The position numbers were made by a program, and so were the translations under genes. 64,000 bases of DNA from Verrucomicrobiota bacterium (GTDB lineage: Bacteria; Verrucomicrobiota; Verrucomicrobiia; JABWAM01). The stretch lies in contig JAHFSY010000011.1 in the NCBI GenBank assembly GCA_023269615.1, forward strand, positions 26,116 to 90,115, written 5' to 3'. Numbering within the stretch: the stretch's first letter is position 1; each line of letters begins with the position of its first letter. The notes below the pieces were generated by a model that was given only the letters and a program-made list of their open reading frames with translations, was not told the DNA's origin and made no database searches. Positions 9,456 to 19,333 of this stretch are shown in pieces.

Positions 9456-9488
9456 GTACGAGGATATACTCATACCACTTCGTATGAG
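9456..9488. promoter_or_regulatory. Candidate operator: three alternating half-sites GTACGAG-N6-CTCATAC-N6-GTATGAG
   Basis: Seen directly in the divergent intergenic region. Confidence 0.5.
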
Positions 9489-9607
9489 AATTACAACTGT
9501 CAAAAGAGGAATGTCACCCCAACCCCCACATCCCCTTGTCGCTGTCGCCCCCATCCTTCCTCACCGCCATTGCAATCCGCCCGCATCGTGCTATGCTCTC
9601 GCCCCTT

Positions 9608-10999
9608 ATGCCGCTGGACATCCAGAGCCTCATTCAAACCCGACTCGGCGAGAACTACGATTTGCATGATCGCCATGTCAATCGCACGCTCGTGAAAGTC
9701 CTTCGCACGATCGGGTTCGACAAAGTGTACGCGCGGGCACAGGGGGCCTACCTGTACGACCGCGACGGGAAGGATTATCTCGACGGACTCGGCGGCTACG
9801 GCGCGGTGAACATCGGGCGCAATCATCCAGCCATCAAAAAGACGCTCTCGGACCTGATGGCGATGGACATGCCCAACATGGTCCAGATGGATTGCTCTCT
9901 CCTCAGCGGGCTGCTCGCCGAGGCGCTCATCAAGCGCTCCCCTCCCCACCTCAACGCCGCGTTCCTCTGCAACTCGGGCACGGAAGCCGTCGAGGCCGCC
10001 ATCAAGTTTGCGCGGTGCGCCACGGGACGTGAAAAAATGCTTTTCTGCAGCCGCGCGTTTCACGGTCTTACCACCGGCGCCCTCGCGCTCAATGGCAGCC
10101 CGATGTTCCGCGAAAGTTTCGGCTCGCTCCTGCCGGGCAACGACATCACGCTCGACGATTTTGAAGCGCTGGAACGCGAACTCGCCACGGGCGAATACGC
10201 CGCCTTCTTCATCGAATGCGTCCAGGGCAAGGGCGTCCACTATCCGAAAAGCGACATGTTCTGGCCGAAGGCGCAGGAGCTTTGCCGCAAGTACGGCACG
10301 CTGCTCGTTGCCGATGAAGTGCAGACGGGACTCGGCCGCACGGGGCGCTTCTACGCGTTCGAACACTGGGCGCTGGAGCCGGATATCGTGACGCTCGCCA
10401 AGAGCCTGAGTGGCGGACTCATTCCATGTGGCGCGATGCTTACGCGCCGGGAAATTTACGACAAGACATTCAGCCGTCTCGACCGCTGCGTGGTGCATTC
10501 CACGACTTTCGGGCGGAACAACATGGCGATGGCGGCCGGGCTGGCCACGCTTCAGGTGATGGATGAGGAGCGCGTGGTCGAAAACGCCGACCGCATGGGC
10601 AAGGCGCTGCTCGAGGGATTGCGCGGGCTTTCCTCCCGCCATGAGTTCATCAAGGAAGTGCGCGGCAAGGGATTGATGATCGCCATTGAATTTGCGGAAC
10701 CCAGATCACTGCGCCTGCGCGCCGCGTGGAAAATCATCCAGGCCGCCGACAAGGGTCTCTTCGCCCAGATGGTCGTGATCCCCATGCTCAAAAATCACCG
10801 CATCCTCACCCAGGTCGCGGGCCACCACATGGACGTCATCAAGATGACCCCCCCCCTGATCATCGGGCAGACGGAGGTGGACCGCATCGTGCGCGCCTTC
10901 GACGAAACCCTGGCCGATTGCTACAAATTTCCCGGCGCCATGTGGGACATGGGGACCAACCTCGTCCGGGCATCCCTTTCATCGAAACGAGCCGCGTGA
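9608..10999 (+). CDS. Class III PLP aminotransferase, HpnO-like (aminohopanoid synthesis)
   Basis: DEVQTGLGRTG, PDIVTLAKSLSGG; N-terminal HVN..LVKVLRTIGFD and C-terminal GLFAQ..PML..HRILTQVAGH...PGAMWDMG recall HpnO. Confidence 0.75.
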   Translation: MPLDIQSLIQTRLGENYDLHDRHVNRTLVKVLRTIGFDKVYARAQGAYLYDRDGKDYLDGLGGYGAVNIGRNHPAIKKTLSDLMAMDMPNMVQMDCSLLSGLLAEALIKRSPPHLNAAFLCNSGTEAVEAAIKFARCATGREKMLFCSRAFHGLTTGALALNGSPMFRESFGSLLPGNDITLDDFEALERELATGEYAAFFIECVQGKGVHYPKSDMFWPKAQELCRKYGTLLVADEVQTGLGRTGRFYAFEHWALEPDIVTLAKSLSGGLIPCGAMLTRREIYDKTFSRLDRCVVHSTTFGRNNMAMAAGLATLQVMDEERVVENADRMGKALLEGLRGLSSRHEFIKEVRGKGLMIAIEFAEPRSLRLRAAWKIIQAADKGLFAQMVVIPMLKNHRILTQVAGHHMDVIKMTPPLIIGQTEVDRIVRAFDETLADCYKFPGAMWDMGTNLVRASLSSKRAA

Positions 11000-11787
11000 T
11001 GCGCCTTCCCTCCCGCATCCCCGTCACCCTCTGGCTTTGTCTGGCGTGCGCGATGACCTCGTTTGCCGCCGATGAATCGATCGCGGCATTGAAAAAGAAA
11101 AGTCTCAAGCTGACGACCGACGTGATGAACGTCGAGGCGTTGAAGCAAGCTGCCACCGTCTGTGAACAAATCCTGGAAAAACAGCCGGAGGAACGCGAAA
11201 CGCTGACGCTCCTCTCCCGCGTCTATTGGTCGCTCGGAAACCACGAGAAGGACCGCGGGGCGCAAAGCGAATGGTTCAAGAAGGGCGAGGATGCCGCCCA
11301 GAAACTCAAGGAGGTTTATTCCGAATCGGCCGATGGCTATTACTGGTACGGGGTCAACTATGGCGAGTGGGTGGACCGCGCCTCCATCTTCGCCAAGATC
11401 GGCGCCAAGGGTGTCATGATGGAAAACATGAACAAGGTGCTCGAGTACAACGACAAGTACGATGCGGGTGGAGCCTACATCGTGATCGGCCGCATCAACT
11501 ACATCGCTCCCGGTGGAAGCTATGCCAAGGCCATTGAGTGTTACGAGAAGGCGATCAAGCTCGGCCCGCGCCGCACCACCGCCTACGTCTATCTCGGCGA
11601 GCTCTACATGCACGAGCATATCTTCGCCAAGGCCGAGGACCTCCTCAAAAAAGTCCTCACCATGGAAGTGGACCCACGCTACGCCATCGAACAGCGCGAC
11701 GACCGCGAACTGGCCAAAAAACTCCTCAAGAAGCTGGACAAGAAAGAAGAGCACTTCCCCGCACAGGAAGAACTCACCGGGCACTGA
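10999..11787 (+). CDS. Exported TPR protein (TatT-like)
   Basis: Signal peptide (..SFA|AD), TPR helices, GYYWYGVNYG and YDAGGAYIVIGR; TGATG-coupled to the upstream gene. Confidence 0.7.
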   Translation: MRLPSRIPVTLWLCLACAMTSFAADESIAALKKKSLKLTTDVMNVEALKQAATVCEQILEKQPEERETLTLLSRVYWSLGNHEKDRGAQSEWFKKGEDAAQKLKEVYSESADGYYWYGVNYGEWVDRASIFAKIGAKGVMMENMNKVLEYNDKYDAGGAYIVIGRINYIAPGGSYAKAIECYEKAIKLGPRRTTAYVYLGELYMHEHIFAKAEDLLKKVLTMEVDPRYAIEQRDDRELAKKLLKKLDKKEEHFPAQEELTGH

Positions 11788-11810
11788 GGGGAAAAGTTGC
11801 TGGAAGAACC

Positions 11811-11836
11811 CGTAGCCGAACTCGCAAGAGTTTGGC
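11811..11836 (+). repeat. Single GTAG REP hairpin (CGTAGCCGAACTC-GCAA-GAGTTTGGC)
   Basis: GTAG followed by a stem-loop just after the TPR gene stop. Confidence 0.6.
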
Positions 11837-11865
11837 CCCTCTGATCCGTGTCTTGCAAAAAAAAC

Positions 11866-12088
11866 GGAGGGACACGCTCCGTCGTGTCCGTTGGTGGGTG
11901 AGTTCGCAACTGCCAAACCAACCTTGAAGCGGGAACACACGGTTTCGTCGCCCTCGAAAAGCATCATTGCTTGAAAATCCATTCGTGACGTGGCTGGACA
12001 CGACGGCCCGCGCTACGCCGCTCGCCGTCGCGACGAAGCGCTTTGGCGTAGTCGGATAGGCTTCGGCGAGGCGAGAGCGTGTCCCTCC
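11866..12088. repeat. GGAG-type REP doublet; right copy interrupted by a nested 69-bp insertion
   Basis: GGAGGGACACGCTCCGTCGTGTCC at 11866-11889; inverse copy 11996-12088 split by 12007-12075. Confidence 0.85.
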
Positions 12089-12147
12089 GTTTTTCCAGCC
12101 CCATATTCCCTGTCCTATCCGATTCGTTTTGTTATCATGCAACAACC

Positions 12148-12789
12148 ATGCTGAAAAACCCTTGGCAGCCGGGAAACAAAGACCTCAGCTTCACGTTGGT
12201 GGAACTGGTCGTCGCAATCTCGGTGATCGCGCTGCTCATCGCATTGGTGATCCCGGTCATGGCGCGGGCGAGAGAACGCCAGGCCAGATCCTACTGTCTT
12301 TCCAACATCCGTCAGATCGGCCTGGCTTTCAAACAATACTCTATCGATGGCCTCGACTTTTTTCCCCCATATCCCTACCCCGTTGGTGTTAATCCCTACG
12401 CCACTTCCTCCTCGGTCTTTCTTGGTCTCACCAACGGCCACTATCTGCACGTCGGTAGCATCTACGTCTGCCCGCTCGATCGCTCTCGAAGACCCGGCAC
12501 GGTCAATGCCTTCGGCATCTCCAATAACTCCTACGCCTGCTCCGTGGCCGACCTGACCGGCCGCACGGGCCTCACGGAAGCAGTCACCTCAGACAACCCC
12601 ATGGTCTTCGACCGCGGGCTCGCCGGCGCACCGGGTTGGATCAAAAACCTCACCAACGCCACATGGCTCGCCAGCTCACCCCACGGCACTGATGGCGGCA
12701 ACATCTTTTACGCAGACGGCCGGTCAGGCTTCAAAAATTTCTTCGACACCGGCAAGGATGGCACCAACGGTTTCGTGCTCGAGCCCTGA
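12148..12789 (+). CDS. Prepilin-type N-terminal cleavage / H-X9-DG domain protein (DUF1559-like)
   Basis: FTLVELVVAISVIALLIALVIP, ARARERQARSYCLSNIRQIG, YVCP.D, HGTDGGNIFYADG. Confidence 0.85.
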   Translation: MLKNPWQPGNKDLSFTLVELVVAISVIALLIALVIPVMARARERQARSYCLSNIRQIGLAFKQYSIDGLDFFPPYPYPVGVNPYATSSSVFLGLTNGHYLHVGSIYVCPLDRSRRPGTVNAFGISNNSYACSVADLTGRTGLTEAVTSDNPMVFDRGLAGAPGWIKNLTNATWLASSPHGTDGGNIFYADGRSGFKNFFDTGKDGTNGFVLEP

Positions 12790-12810
12790 TAAATTTGGAG
12801 GAGGCGATTG

Positions 12811-12934
12811 TCCGCAGATTTTCAGAATGACGAACCTTTTTCACGCAGCACCGCTGCGTGAAAAAGCTTTGCGCCTTCGCGTCTTTGCGCGAACCCCTCC
12901 GAAAATCTGCGTCCGTCTGCGAAATCTGCGGAGA
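12811..12934. repeat. Degenerate gene-less CGCAGAT-repeat element with internal hairpin
   Basis: TCCGCAGATTTTCAG ... AAATCTGCGTCCGTCTGCGAAATCTGCGGAGA; perfect 14-bp-arm hairpin 12836-12866 (possible bidirectional terminator). Confidence 0.7.
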
Positions 12935-13026
12935 ATTTCCGACGGCAACAGGGCTCTGCTCCGCTTGAAAGGCAATCTTGCGCAAAACATTCCTTCAATC
13001 CATAATCCCCAACCCATCGCCCCTCC

Positions 13027-14574
13027 ATGAAGGCCCGTTCTCCATCCCGATCGCGTGCCGCTGCCCGTGGCCGGATGCTCACGTCCCCGCTCTCACCCGC
13101 AACTTCCCCCGGCAAGGATTTCAATGCCATGCGCGATGCCGTCAGCAAGGCCTGCGAGCTCAAGACCAAGATCACCTATGACTTGAAGGGACGGAAGAAA
13201 ACCATGGTCGTCTGCTCGCAGGACACACGTGACGAGGTCCTCCGCAAGTCCGCCGAATATCTCAAGATCATCACGGGCAAGCGGCGCCTCACGCCCAAGG
13301 TCAAGAAGGAGATCGTCCGCCACACCCTTGAGAACTTCGACAACTTCTACAACCGCGGGTTCCTCACGTACCGCAAGAGCGTGGCGGAGGCGAAGGATTT
13401 TGCGGCGCTCGAATGGGAGGGGCGCGGCTCGATCATGCACGACCTGCTCGGGCGCCAGTTCATTGACTGCCTCGGCGGCTACGGCATCTACAACATGGGA
13501 ATGTGCCACCCGAAGATCGTCGAGGCCGTGCGCGCGCAGGCGTTGCGCATGCCGCTTTCCTCGCAGGAACTGCTCGACCCGCTGCGCGGCGCGCTGGCCG
13601 AGTTGCTCGGCGAACTCGCGCCGGGCGATTTGCAGGAATGTTTCTTCATCAACAACGGCACCGACGCCGTCGAGGGCGCTCTCAAGCTGGCGCGGCTGCA
13701 TACGAGGCGCGTGGGCTTCATTTCCTCCGTCGGCGGCTTTCACGGCAAGAGCATGGGATCGCTCTCCGTCATGGGAAAACACACCTACCGCCACCCCTTC
13801 GAGCCGCTGCTTCCCCAGATTCATTTCGTTCCATTCGGAGACAAGAAGGCGCTGGAGGACGAGTTCAAGAAATTAAAGGCCGTGGGCGACGACGCAGCGG
13901 CGCTGATCCTCGAGCCCGTTCAGGGCGAGGCGGGCGCCATCGTTCCCCCCAACGATTACCTGCCTGCGGCGCGCAAACTGTGCGATGAGTACGGAACCTT
14001 GTTGATTCTCGACGAGGTGCAGACGGGGTTTGGGCGGACCGGAAAAATCTTCGCATGCGAACACTGGCACGTGGTGCCGGACATCCTCTGCCTCGGAAAG
14101 AGCATCGGCGGCGGCGTGATGCCGCTCTCGGCATTCATGGGCAATTCCGAAATCTGGAAGGTGCTGGAGGAGAATCCTTTCATCCACAGCTCGACATTCG
14201 GCGGAAACCCGATGGCATGCGCGGCCGGCATCGCGGCCATCCACGTGATGCTTGAGGAAAAACTACCGGAGCAGGCAGCCCAGAAGGGGCATTTCATGCT
14301 CAAGCGATTAAAGACATTGAAGGCACGCTACCCGCATATCCTCACAGACGTTCATGGGATGGGCCTCCTCATCGGCATGGATTTCATCAACGATGAAACC
14401 GGCTACCGCGTGGCCGCGGGCTTGTTCAAGCGCGGCATCCTGGTGGCAGGCACTCTCATCAGCTCCAAAACCATCCGCATCGAACCCGCCCTCAACATCA
14501 GCTACGACCTTCTGCATGTGGTGCTCGACAAGCTCGAAGAGGTGCTGCGGGAAATTGCCCATGGAAAAGCATGA
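13027..14574 (+). CDS. patA: Putrescine aminotransferase (PatA/YgjG-like)
   Basis: N.GFL.YRKSV, ALEW, FIDCLGGYG, SQELLDPLR, FHGKSMGSLS, VPDILCLGK, IRIEPAL. Start uncertain (13027/13129/13204). Confidence 0.8.
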   Translation: MKARSPSRSRAAARGRMLTSPLSPATSPGKDFNAMRDAVSKACELKTKITYDLKGRKKTMVVCSQDTRDEVLRKSAEYLKIITGKRRLTPKVKKEIVRHTLENFDNFYNRGFLTYRKSVAEAKDFAALEWEGRGSIMHDLLGRQFIDCLGGYGIYNMGMCHPKIVEAVRAQALRMPLSSQELLDPLRGALAELLGELAPGDLQECFFINNGTDAVEGALKLARLHTRRVGFISSVGGFHGKSMGSLSVMGKHTYRHPFEPLLPQIHFVPFGDKKALEDEFKKLKAVGDDAAALILEPVQGEAGAIVPPNDYLPAARKLCDEYGTLLILDEVQTGFGRTGKIFACEHWHVVPDILCLGKSIGGGVMPLSAFMGNSEIWKVLEENPFIHSSTFGGNPMACAAGIAAIHVMLEEKLPEQAAQKGHFMLKRLKTLKARYPHILTDVHGMGLLIGMDFINDETGYRVAAGLFKRGILVAGTLISSKTIRIEPALNISYDLLHVVLDKLEEVLREIAHGKA

Positions 14575-14578
14575 AAAC

Positions 14579-14661
14579 AACCACGGATGGGCGCAGATGG
14601 GCACGGATCAAACTGCTCAGGCCCTGGCTTATCCGTGTTTCATCCGTGTACATCCGTGGTT
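14579..14661. repeat. Inverted pair of CACGGAT triplet repeats
   Basis: AACCACGGATGGGCGCAGATGGGCACGGAT ... ATCCGTGTTTCATCCGTGTACATCCGTGGTT. Confidence 0.85.
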
Positions 14662-14701
14662 AAAATTCTGATCTCCCACCTGTAGAATCACTGCATTTTT
14701 T

Positions 14702-15418
14702 ATGAATCCATCATTTGAACTCCCGCCCGATCCGCCTCCTCACCTCTCCCACGTCAACCTGGAGAAACATCTCCAGTCGAAAATTCGCATTGTCACCCTG
14801 GGCGACTCGGTCACGTACTCGCAGGCCGACTTCGAGAAATGCTGGCCGGTGGTCCTCGAACGCCGGCTGAAGGAACTTCTCAAGGAGGACTCCATTTCCG
14901 TGGCCAACGCGGGGATCGGCGGAACCACCAGCGGACAGGCGCTTGCACGATGGGATCGCGACGTGGTTCCTTACAAGCCAACCGTCCTCATTCTGGCATG
15001 CATCCTCAATGACGGTTACCTGCGTGATGGCGTGAAATGCGCCGGGTTCGGAAACAAGTTCACGAAGCACACGCGTCGCGAGGCCACCGCCTGCTGGACG
15101 GAGCTCGTGCAGCGCGCGAAAAAGATCAAGGCAAAAACCGTGCTCTGGACGACGAACCCATGGCTGACCTACTGGGTGAATGAGGCCTCAGACGACTGGG
15201 TCTATGCGCAGGACCGTTCGTATGACCGAATCCGCCGCCGTTACATGAAATTCGCGGCGAACAACAAGCTGCCCCTCGTGGACACCTATCGCGAGTTCAT
15301 GAAGCAACATGACGTTGCAAGCCTGATGGATGACTGGCTGCATCACAGCGCCAAGGGAGCCGAGCTGATCGCCGGGTGCATCGCGAACCAGGTCGCCGGC
15401 ATGATCGGAAAGAAATAA
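14702..15418 (+). CDS. SGNH/GDSL hydrolase
   Basis: LGDSVT, NAGIGG, LND, DWLH blocks. Confidence 0.85.
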   Translation: MNPSFELPPDPPPHLSHVNLEKHLQSKIRIVTLGDSVTYSQADFEKCWPVVLERRLKELLKEDSISVANAGIGGTTSGQALARWDRDVVPYKPTVLILACILNDGYLRDGVKCAGFGNKFTKHTRREATACWTELVQRAKKIKAKTVLWTTNPWLTYWVNEASDDWVYAQDRSYDRIRRRYMKFAANNKLPLVDTYREFMKQHDVASLMDDWLHHSAKGAELIAGCIANQVAGMIGKK

Positions 15419-15424
15419 AACCCG

Positions 15425-15820
15425 TCACCTTTTCCGCACTTCAAGCCAGCGGGCGAGACACTTCAACGTCTTCGGGCTGATGTGATGCTCCATGCCCTCC
15501 GCGTCCGCGTCCGCCGTCCTGGCGTCCACACCCAGCTCGATGAGAAACTTGCGGATGAGACGATGGCGGCGCTGCATGTCGCTGGCCGCCGCGCGGCCCG
15601 TGCGCGTCAGGGTGAGCCCGCGGTATTTCTCATACGTGAGATAGCCGTTGCGCGAGAGCTTCTGGATCATGCGCGTGACGCTCGGCCCCTTCAGCTCCAG
15701 GCGCTGCGCGATCTCCACCGCCTTGGCGTACCCCTTGCTCTCGATCAACTCGTAGATCGCTTCAAGATAGTCCTGCTCCGCGGGGCTGACGCGGTGATTG
15801 TCCCGGGCGTTGCGCTTCAT
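15425..15820 (-). CDS. mntR: DtxR/MntR-family metal-dependent regulator
   Basis: DYLEAIYEL...PSVTRMIQKL...YEKYRG...RRH...DAEGMEHHIS; adjacent to mntH. Confidence 0.9.
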   Translation of the reverse strand: MKRNARDNHRVSPAEQDYLEAIYELIESKGYAKAVEIAQRLELKGPSVTRMIQKLSRNGYLTYEKYRGLTLTRTGRAAASDMQRRHRLIRKFLIELGVDARTADADAEGMEHHISPKTLKCLARWLEVRKR

Positions 15821-15881
15821 CCGCCCTCTTCTATTCACGACCGGACGGCCACGCAAGACAAATAGGTCGTTGCCACAATTG

Positions 15882-15895
15882 TTAGCCACGGCTAA
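15882..15895. promoter_or_regulatory. Candidate MntR box TTAGCC-AC-GGCTAA
   Basis: Perfect palindrome between mntR and the porin; 18 bp upstream of TTGACA (15914). Confidence 0.65.
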
Positions 15896-15948
15896 GATTC
15901 ATGGCAATCATGATTGACACGGCCGCGCGCATGCCTAGGAATGAAAGC

Positions 15949-17298
15949 ATGACCCCTCAAGGGATTTTTCCGGCATTTGCGGTCCTGCTCCTGCTCTCCG
16001 TCCCCTGGCTGAGGGCGCAGGAGCAGACCACCTCCCTTGTGGAGGGGCTGGCGAGGGACATCCACTTCTCCGATCGGATGACGGGCGACTGGGGCGGGGC
16101 GCGGGCAACGCTTGCCGAGCATGGCGTGGACTGCGTGCTCGCCTATACCGGGGAGGCGATGACCGATCTTTCCGGCGGATTGCGACGGGGAACCGCCGCC
16201 GAGGGGCTTTGGGAGATGGGTTTTGTCACCGACCTAGAGAAACTTCTCGGCTGGAAGGGAGGCACGTTTCATGTGTTCAGCTACTGGCTGCATGGAGCGA
16301 GCCCAACCTTCAAGTACGTTGGCGACATCCAGGGTGTAAGCAACATTGATGGCTTTGACACGCTTCGTCTCAATGAGCTCTGGCTCCAGCAGGAATGGCT
16401 GGACAACCGACTTTCGTTGCGATTCGGGCAGCTGGCGGAAGATGAGGAATTCATGATCGGGGAATATTCGTCGCTTTTCATCAATGGTGCGTTTGGCGAT
16501 ACGGTCACCGTGAGCGGCAACCTGCCCGTTCCAACTTATCCGATGAGCGCCCCGGGCATCCGTCTCCGAACCGACCCCGTGGATTTCTTCTATTTCCAGG
16601 CCGCGGTGTACGATGGAGATGTGTCGGCCCAAAACCTGAACGACACCGGCACACGCATCAACATCAACCGTCACGACGGATTCTTTTCGATCTACGAGAT
16701 GGGTTGCCTGGTGAATCATGAAAAGAACTCCAAGTCCCTGCCCGGCTCATACAAGTTTGGCGCCTGGTATCACACGGGTTCGTTTGGCGACCAGCTGGCC
16801 GATGCGGATCATCTGTCCCTGGCAGATCCCGCATCCAGCGGGACACCCGTGTTCCATCAGGGCAATTACGGGCTCTACGGCATGGCCGACCAGATGGTGT
16901 ACCGGGAGGACGCGAAGTCGAAACACCCGCAGGGGCTCGGGCTTTTTTTCACAGGAGGAAGCGCCCCGAACGACCGCAACCTGGTCTCGCTCCAGCTCGC
17001 GGGCGGACTTCATTACACGGGACTTCTGCCGGGCCGCGACGAGGATCTCCTGGGTCTTGCCGTGACGCATGTGGACATCGGCGACAACGCCCGCCAGTTC
17101 GATCGCGATACCAACGCCTTCAATGGCACGGATAACGCGATCCGCGATTATGAAACGACCATGGAATTGACGTATCGCTACGTGGTGAACGAGTGGTGCT
17201 TTCTCCAGCCGGACGTCCAATGGGTCCTGCACCCCGGCGGCTCCCCCGCCGTCGGGGACGCGGTGGTGGCTGGGATGCGATTCCAGGTGCTCTTCTGA
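15949..17298 (+). CDS. OprB-family outer-membrane porin
   Basis: Signal peptide, TGDWGGAR..L, DLEKLLGW.G, LNELW, SLRFGQ, ELTY, LQPDVQW..HPG, C-terminal Phe. Confidence 0.85.
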   Translation: MTPQGIFPAFAVLLLLSVPWLRAQEQTTSLVEGLARDIHFSDRMTGDWGGARATLAEHGVDCVLAYTGEAMTDLSGGLRRGTAAEGLWEMGFVTDLEKLLGWKGGTFHVFSYWLHGASPTFKYVGDIQGVSNIDGFDTLRLNELWLQQEWLDNRLSLRFGQLAEDEEFMIGEYSSLFINGAFGDTVTVSGNLPVPTYPMSAPGIRLRTDPVDFFYFQAAVYDGDVSAQNLNDTGTRININRHDGFFSIYEMGCLVNHEKNSKSLPGSYKFGAWYHTGSFGDQLADADHLSLADPASSGTPVFHQGNYGLYGMADQMVYREDAKSKHPQGLGLFFTGGSAPNDRNLVSLQLAGGLHYTGLLPGRDEDLLGLAVTHVDIGDNARQFDRDTNAFNGTDNAIRDYETTMELTYRYVVNEWCFLQPDVQWVLHPGGSPAVGDAVVAGMRFQVLF

Positions 17299-17327
17299 GC
17301 CGGGAATCGTGGCGCATGCGTATATTA

Positions 17328-17341
17328 TTAGCCTTGGGTAA
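17328..17341. promoter_or_regulatory. Candidate MntR box TTAGCC-TT-GGGTAA
   Basis: One arm mismatch relative to the 15882 box; 18 bp upstream of TTGACA (17360) before mntH. Confidence 0.6.
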
Positions 17342-17394
17342 TATTATTAACCGTGTCTATTGACAGAAGGGCGGCGGTGTGAAAGAATGACGGT

Positions 17395-18774
17395 GTGCTG
17401 CCAGCCATATCCCAACCAGAAACCCCACCCGCGTCCGATTCCCCCGGCTGGCGCAAGGCTGCTGGATCGCCAAGCCTCCCGGAAGTCCATCGCTCGGTCA
17501 CCGTCCCGAAGGAGTACGGCTTCTGGCGGAAGGCGCTGGCTTTCGCCGGCCCCGGCTATCTCGTGGCGGTGGGATACATGGACCCTGGCAACTGGGCGAC
17601 CGACCTGGCCGGCGGCTCCAAGTTCGGATACACGCTCCTGTCGGTCATCCTGCTTTCGAACCTGATGGCCATCCTGCTCCAGTCGCTTTGCGCGCGGCTG
17701 GGCATCGTCACGGGACGCGACCTCGCGCAGGCCTGCCGCGATCATTACCCTGCTCCGGTTTCATTCGGGCTGTGGATCCTGTGCGAGATTGCCATATGCG
17801 CCTGCGACCTGGCGGAGGTGATTGGCTCGGCCATCGCCCTGAACCTTCTCTTCCATATCCCGCTCATCTGGGGTGTGTGCATCACCTCGCTGGACGTGCT
17901 GGCCGTGCTGTATTTGCAAAACAAGGGATTCCGCTACATCGAGGCCCTCGTCATCACACTCATCGTTCTCATCGGCGGATGTTTCGCCATGGAGATCGTC
18001 TTTTCGCGCCCGGATATGAGGGCCGTGCTGGGAGGCTTCGTCCCGCGCCTCGAAATCATCCGCAACCCGGAGATGCTCTACATCGCCATCGGCATCCTCG
18101 GTGCCACCGTGATGCCCCACAACCTCTACCTCCACTCCTCGATCGTGCAAACGCGCAAGTATGAGCAGACATCCGAGGGGAAGGCCGAGGCCATCAAGTT
18201 CGCCACGCTCGATTCCACGGTGGCTCTCATGTTCGCACTCTTCATCAACGCCGCGATCCTCATCGTGGCCGCCGCGACGTTCCACACGCGCGGGCAGACG
18301 GAAGTCGCAGAAATCCAGGAGGCCTACAAGCTGCTCAGCCCGACTCTCGGCGCATCGCTCGCGAGCGTTGCCTTTGCAATCGCCCTGCTCGCATCGGGTC
18401 AAAACTCGACGCTCACGGGAACGCTCGCGGGACAGATCGTGATGGAGGGATTCCTCAACATCCGCCTCCGCCCGTGGTTGCGCCGCCTCATCACGCGCCT
18501 CATCGCCATCGTTCCCGCCGTCATCTGCACGGCGATGTACGGCGAGAGCGGGACCACACGCCTCCTCATCTTGAGCCAGGTGGTGCTTAGCCTCCAGCTG
18601 AGCTTCGCCGTCATCCCCCTCATCCTTTTCACCAGCAGCCGGAAAAAAATGGGTGAGTTCACGAATGCCATGTGGGTTCAAATTCTGGCATGGATTACCG
18701 CCTCGATCATCGTCATCCTCAACGTCAAATACCTGCTCGACTTTTTCGGCATCACCGCGTGGCTTACCCGCTGA
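17395..18774 (+). CDS. mntH: Nramp-family Mn2+ transporter
   Basis: [43 protein letters not shown]. Confidence 0.95.
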   Translation: MLPAISQPETPPASDSPGWRKAAGSPSLPEVHRSVTVPKEYGFWRKALAFAGPGYLVAVGYMDPGNWATDLAGGSKFGYTLLSVILLSNLMAILLQSLCARLGIVTGRDLAQACRDHYPAPVSFGLWILCEIAICACDLAEVIGSAIALNLLFHIPLIWGVCITSLDVLAVLYLQNKGFRYIEALVITLIVLIGGCFAMEIVFSRPDMRAVLGGFVPRLEIIRNPEMLYIAIGILGATVMPHNLYLHSSIVQTRKYEQTSEGKAEAIKFATLDSTVALMFALFINAAILIVAAATFHTRGQTEVAEIQEAYKLLSPTLGASLASVAFAIALLASGQNSTLTGTLAGQIVMEGFLNIRLRPWLRRLITRLIAIVPAVICTAMYGESGTTRLLILSQVVLSLQLSFAVIPLILFTSSRKKMGEFTNAMWVQILAWITASIIVILNVKYLLDFFGITAWLTR

Positions 18775-18778
18775 CCCC

Positions 18779-19198
18779 ATGTACAAGAACATCCTCGTCA
18801 CCCTGAACAACAGCGAACAGGACAAGAACCTGCTCGCGCACGTGTCCGAGCTGGCCCGCCTGACCCGCGCACATCTGCTGCTCGCGCATGTCGCCGACGG
18901 CTGGGCGGCGAGGAATTACGACGCCCTGAAGCTTGCGGAGTCCGAGGAAATGAAAGCTGACCGCGCCTACCTCGAAGGCATCGCCGGACAGATGAAAGGT
19001 GAAGGTCTGCAAGTATCCACACATCTCGCGATGGGCGATCCTCCCGCGGAAATTCTCAAAGTAGCGGAGAGGGAAGGTTGCGACCTGATCGCCATGACCA
19101 CCCACGGCCATCGTCTGCTGGGCGACATCATCCTCGGCAGCACCATCGAAAACGTTCGTCACAAATCCCGGATTCCAATCCTCGTTGTGCGAGGTTGA
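18779..19198 (+). CDS. Universal stress protein
   Basis: MYKNILV...GDP..EI...DLIAMTTHGH...LGS...PILVV. Confidence 0.9.
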   Translation: MYKNILVTLNNSEQDKNLLAHVSELARLTRAHLLLAHVADGWAARNYDALKLAESEEMKADRAYLEGIAGQMKGEGLQVSTHLAMGDPPAEILKVAEREGCDLIAMTTHGHRLLGDIILGSTIENVRHKSRIPILVVRG

Positions 19199-19251
19199 CC
19201 GCGGATGGACGGATCGGTCTGCCCGTTTTGATTTGGAATCGGCTCGTCATT

Positions 19252-19333
19252 CTTGTGCCTCTTGCGCCTTTTTGTGGCCATTTTCCGCGTGCCGAACAGA
19301 CGAATTGGCCGCAAAGAGGCACAAAAAGCACAG
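19252..19333. repeat. Inverted pair of GC(A/G)CAA(A/G)A triplet repeats
   Basis: CTTGTGCCTCTTGCGCCTTTTTGTGGCCA ... TGGCCGCAAAGAGGCACAAAAAGCACAGG. Confidence 0.75.

Noticed and set aside
17299-17394. yybP-ykoY Mn riboswitch upstream of mntH
   Set aside because: The region is too short and is occupied by the operator and promoter; no aptamer motifs seen.
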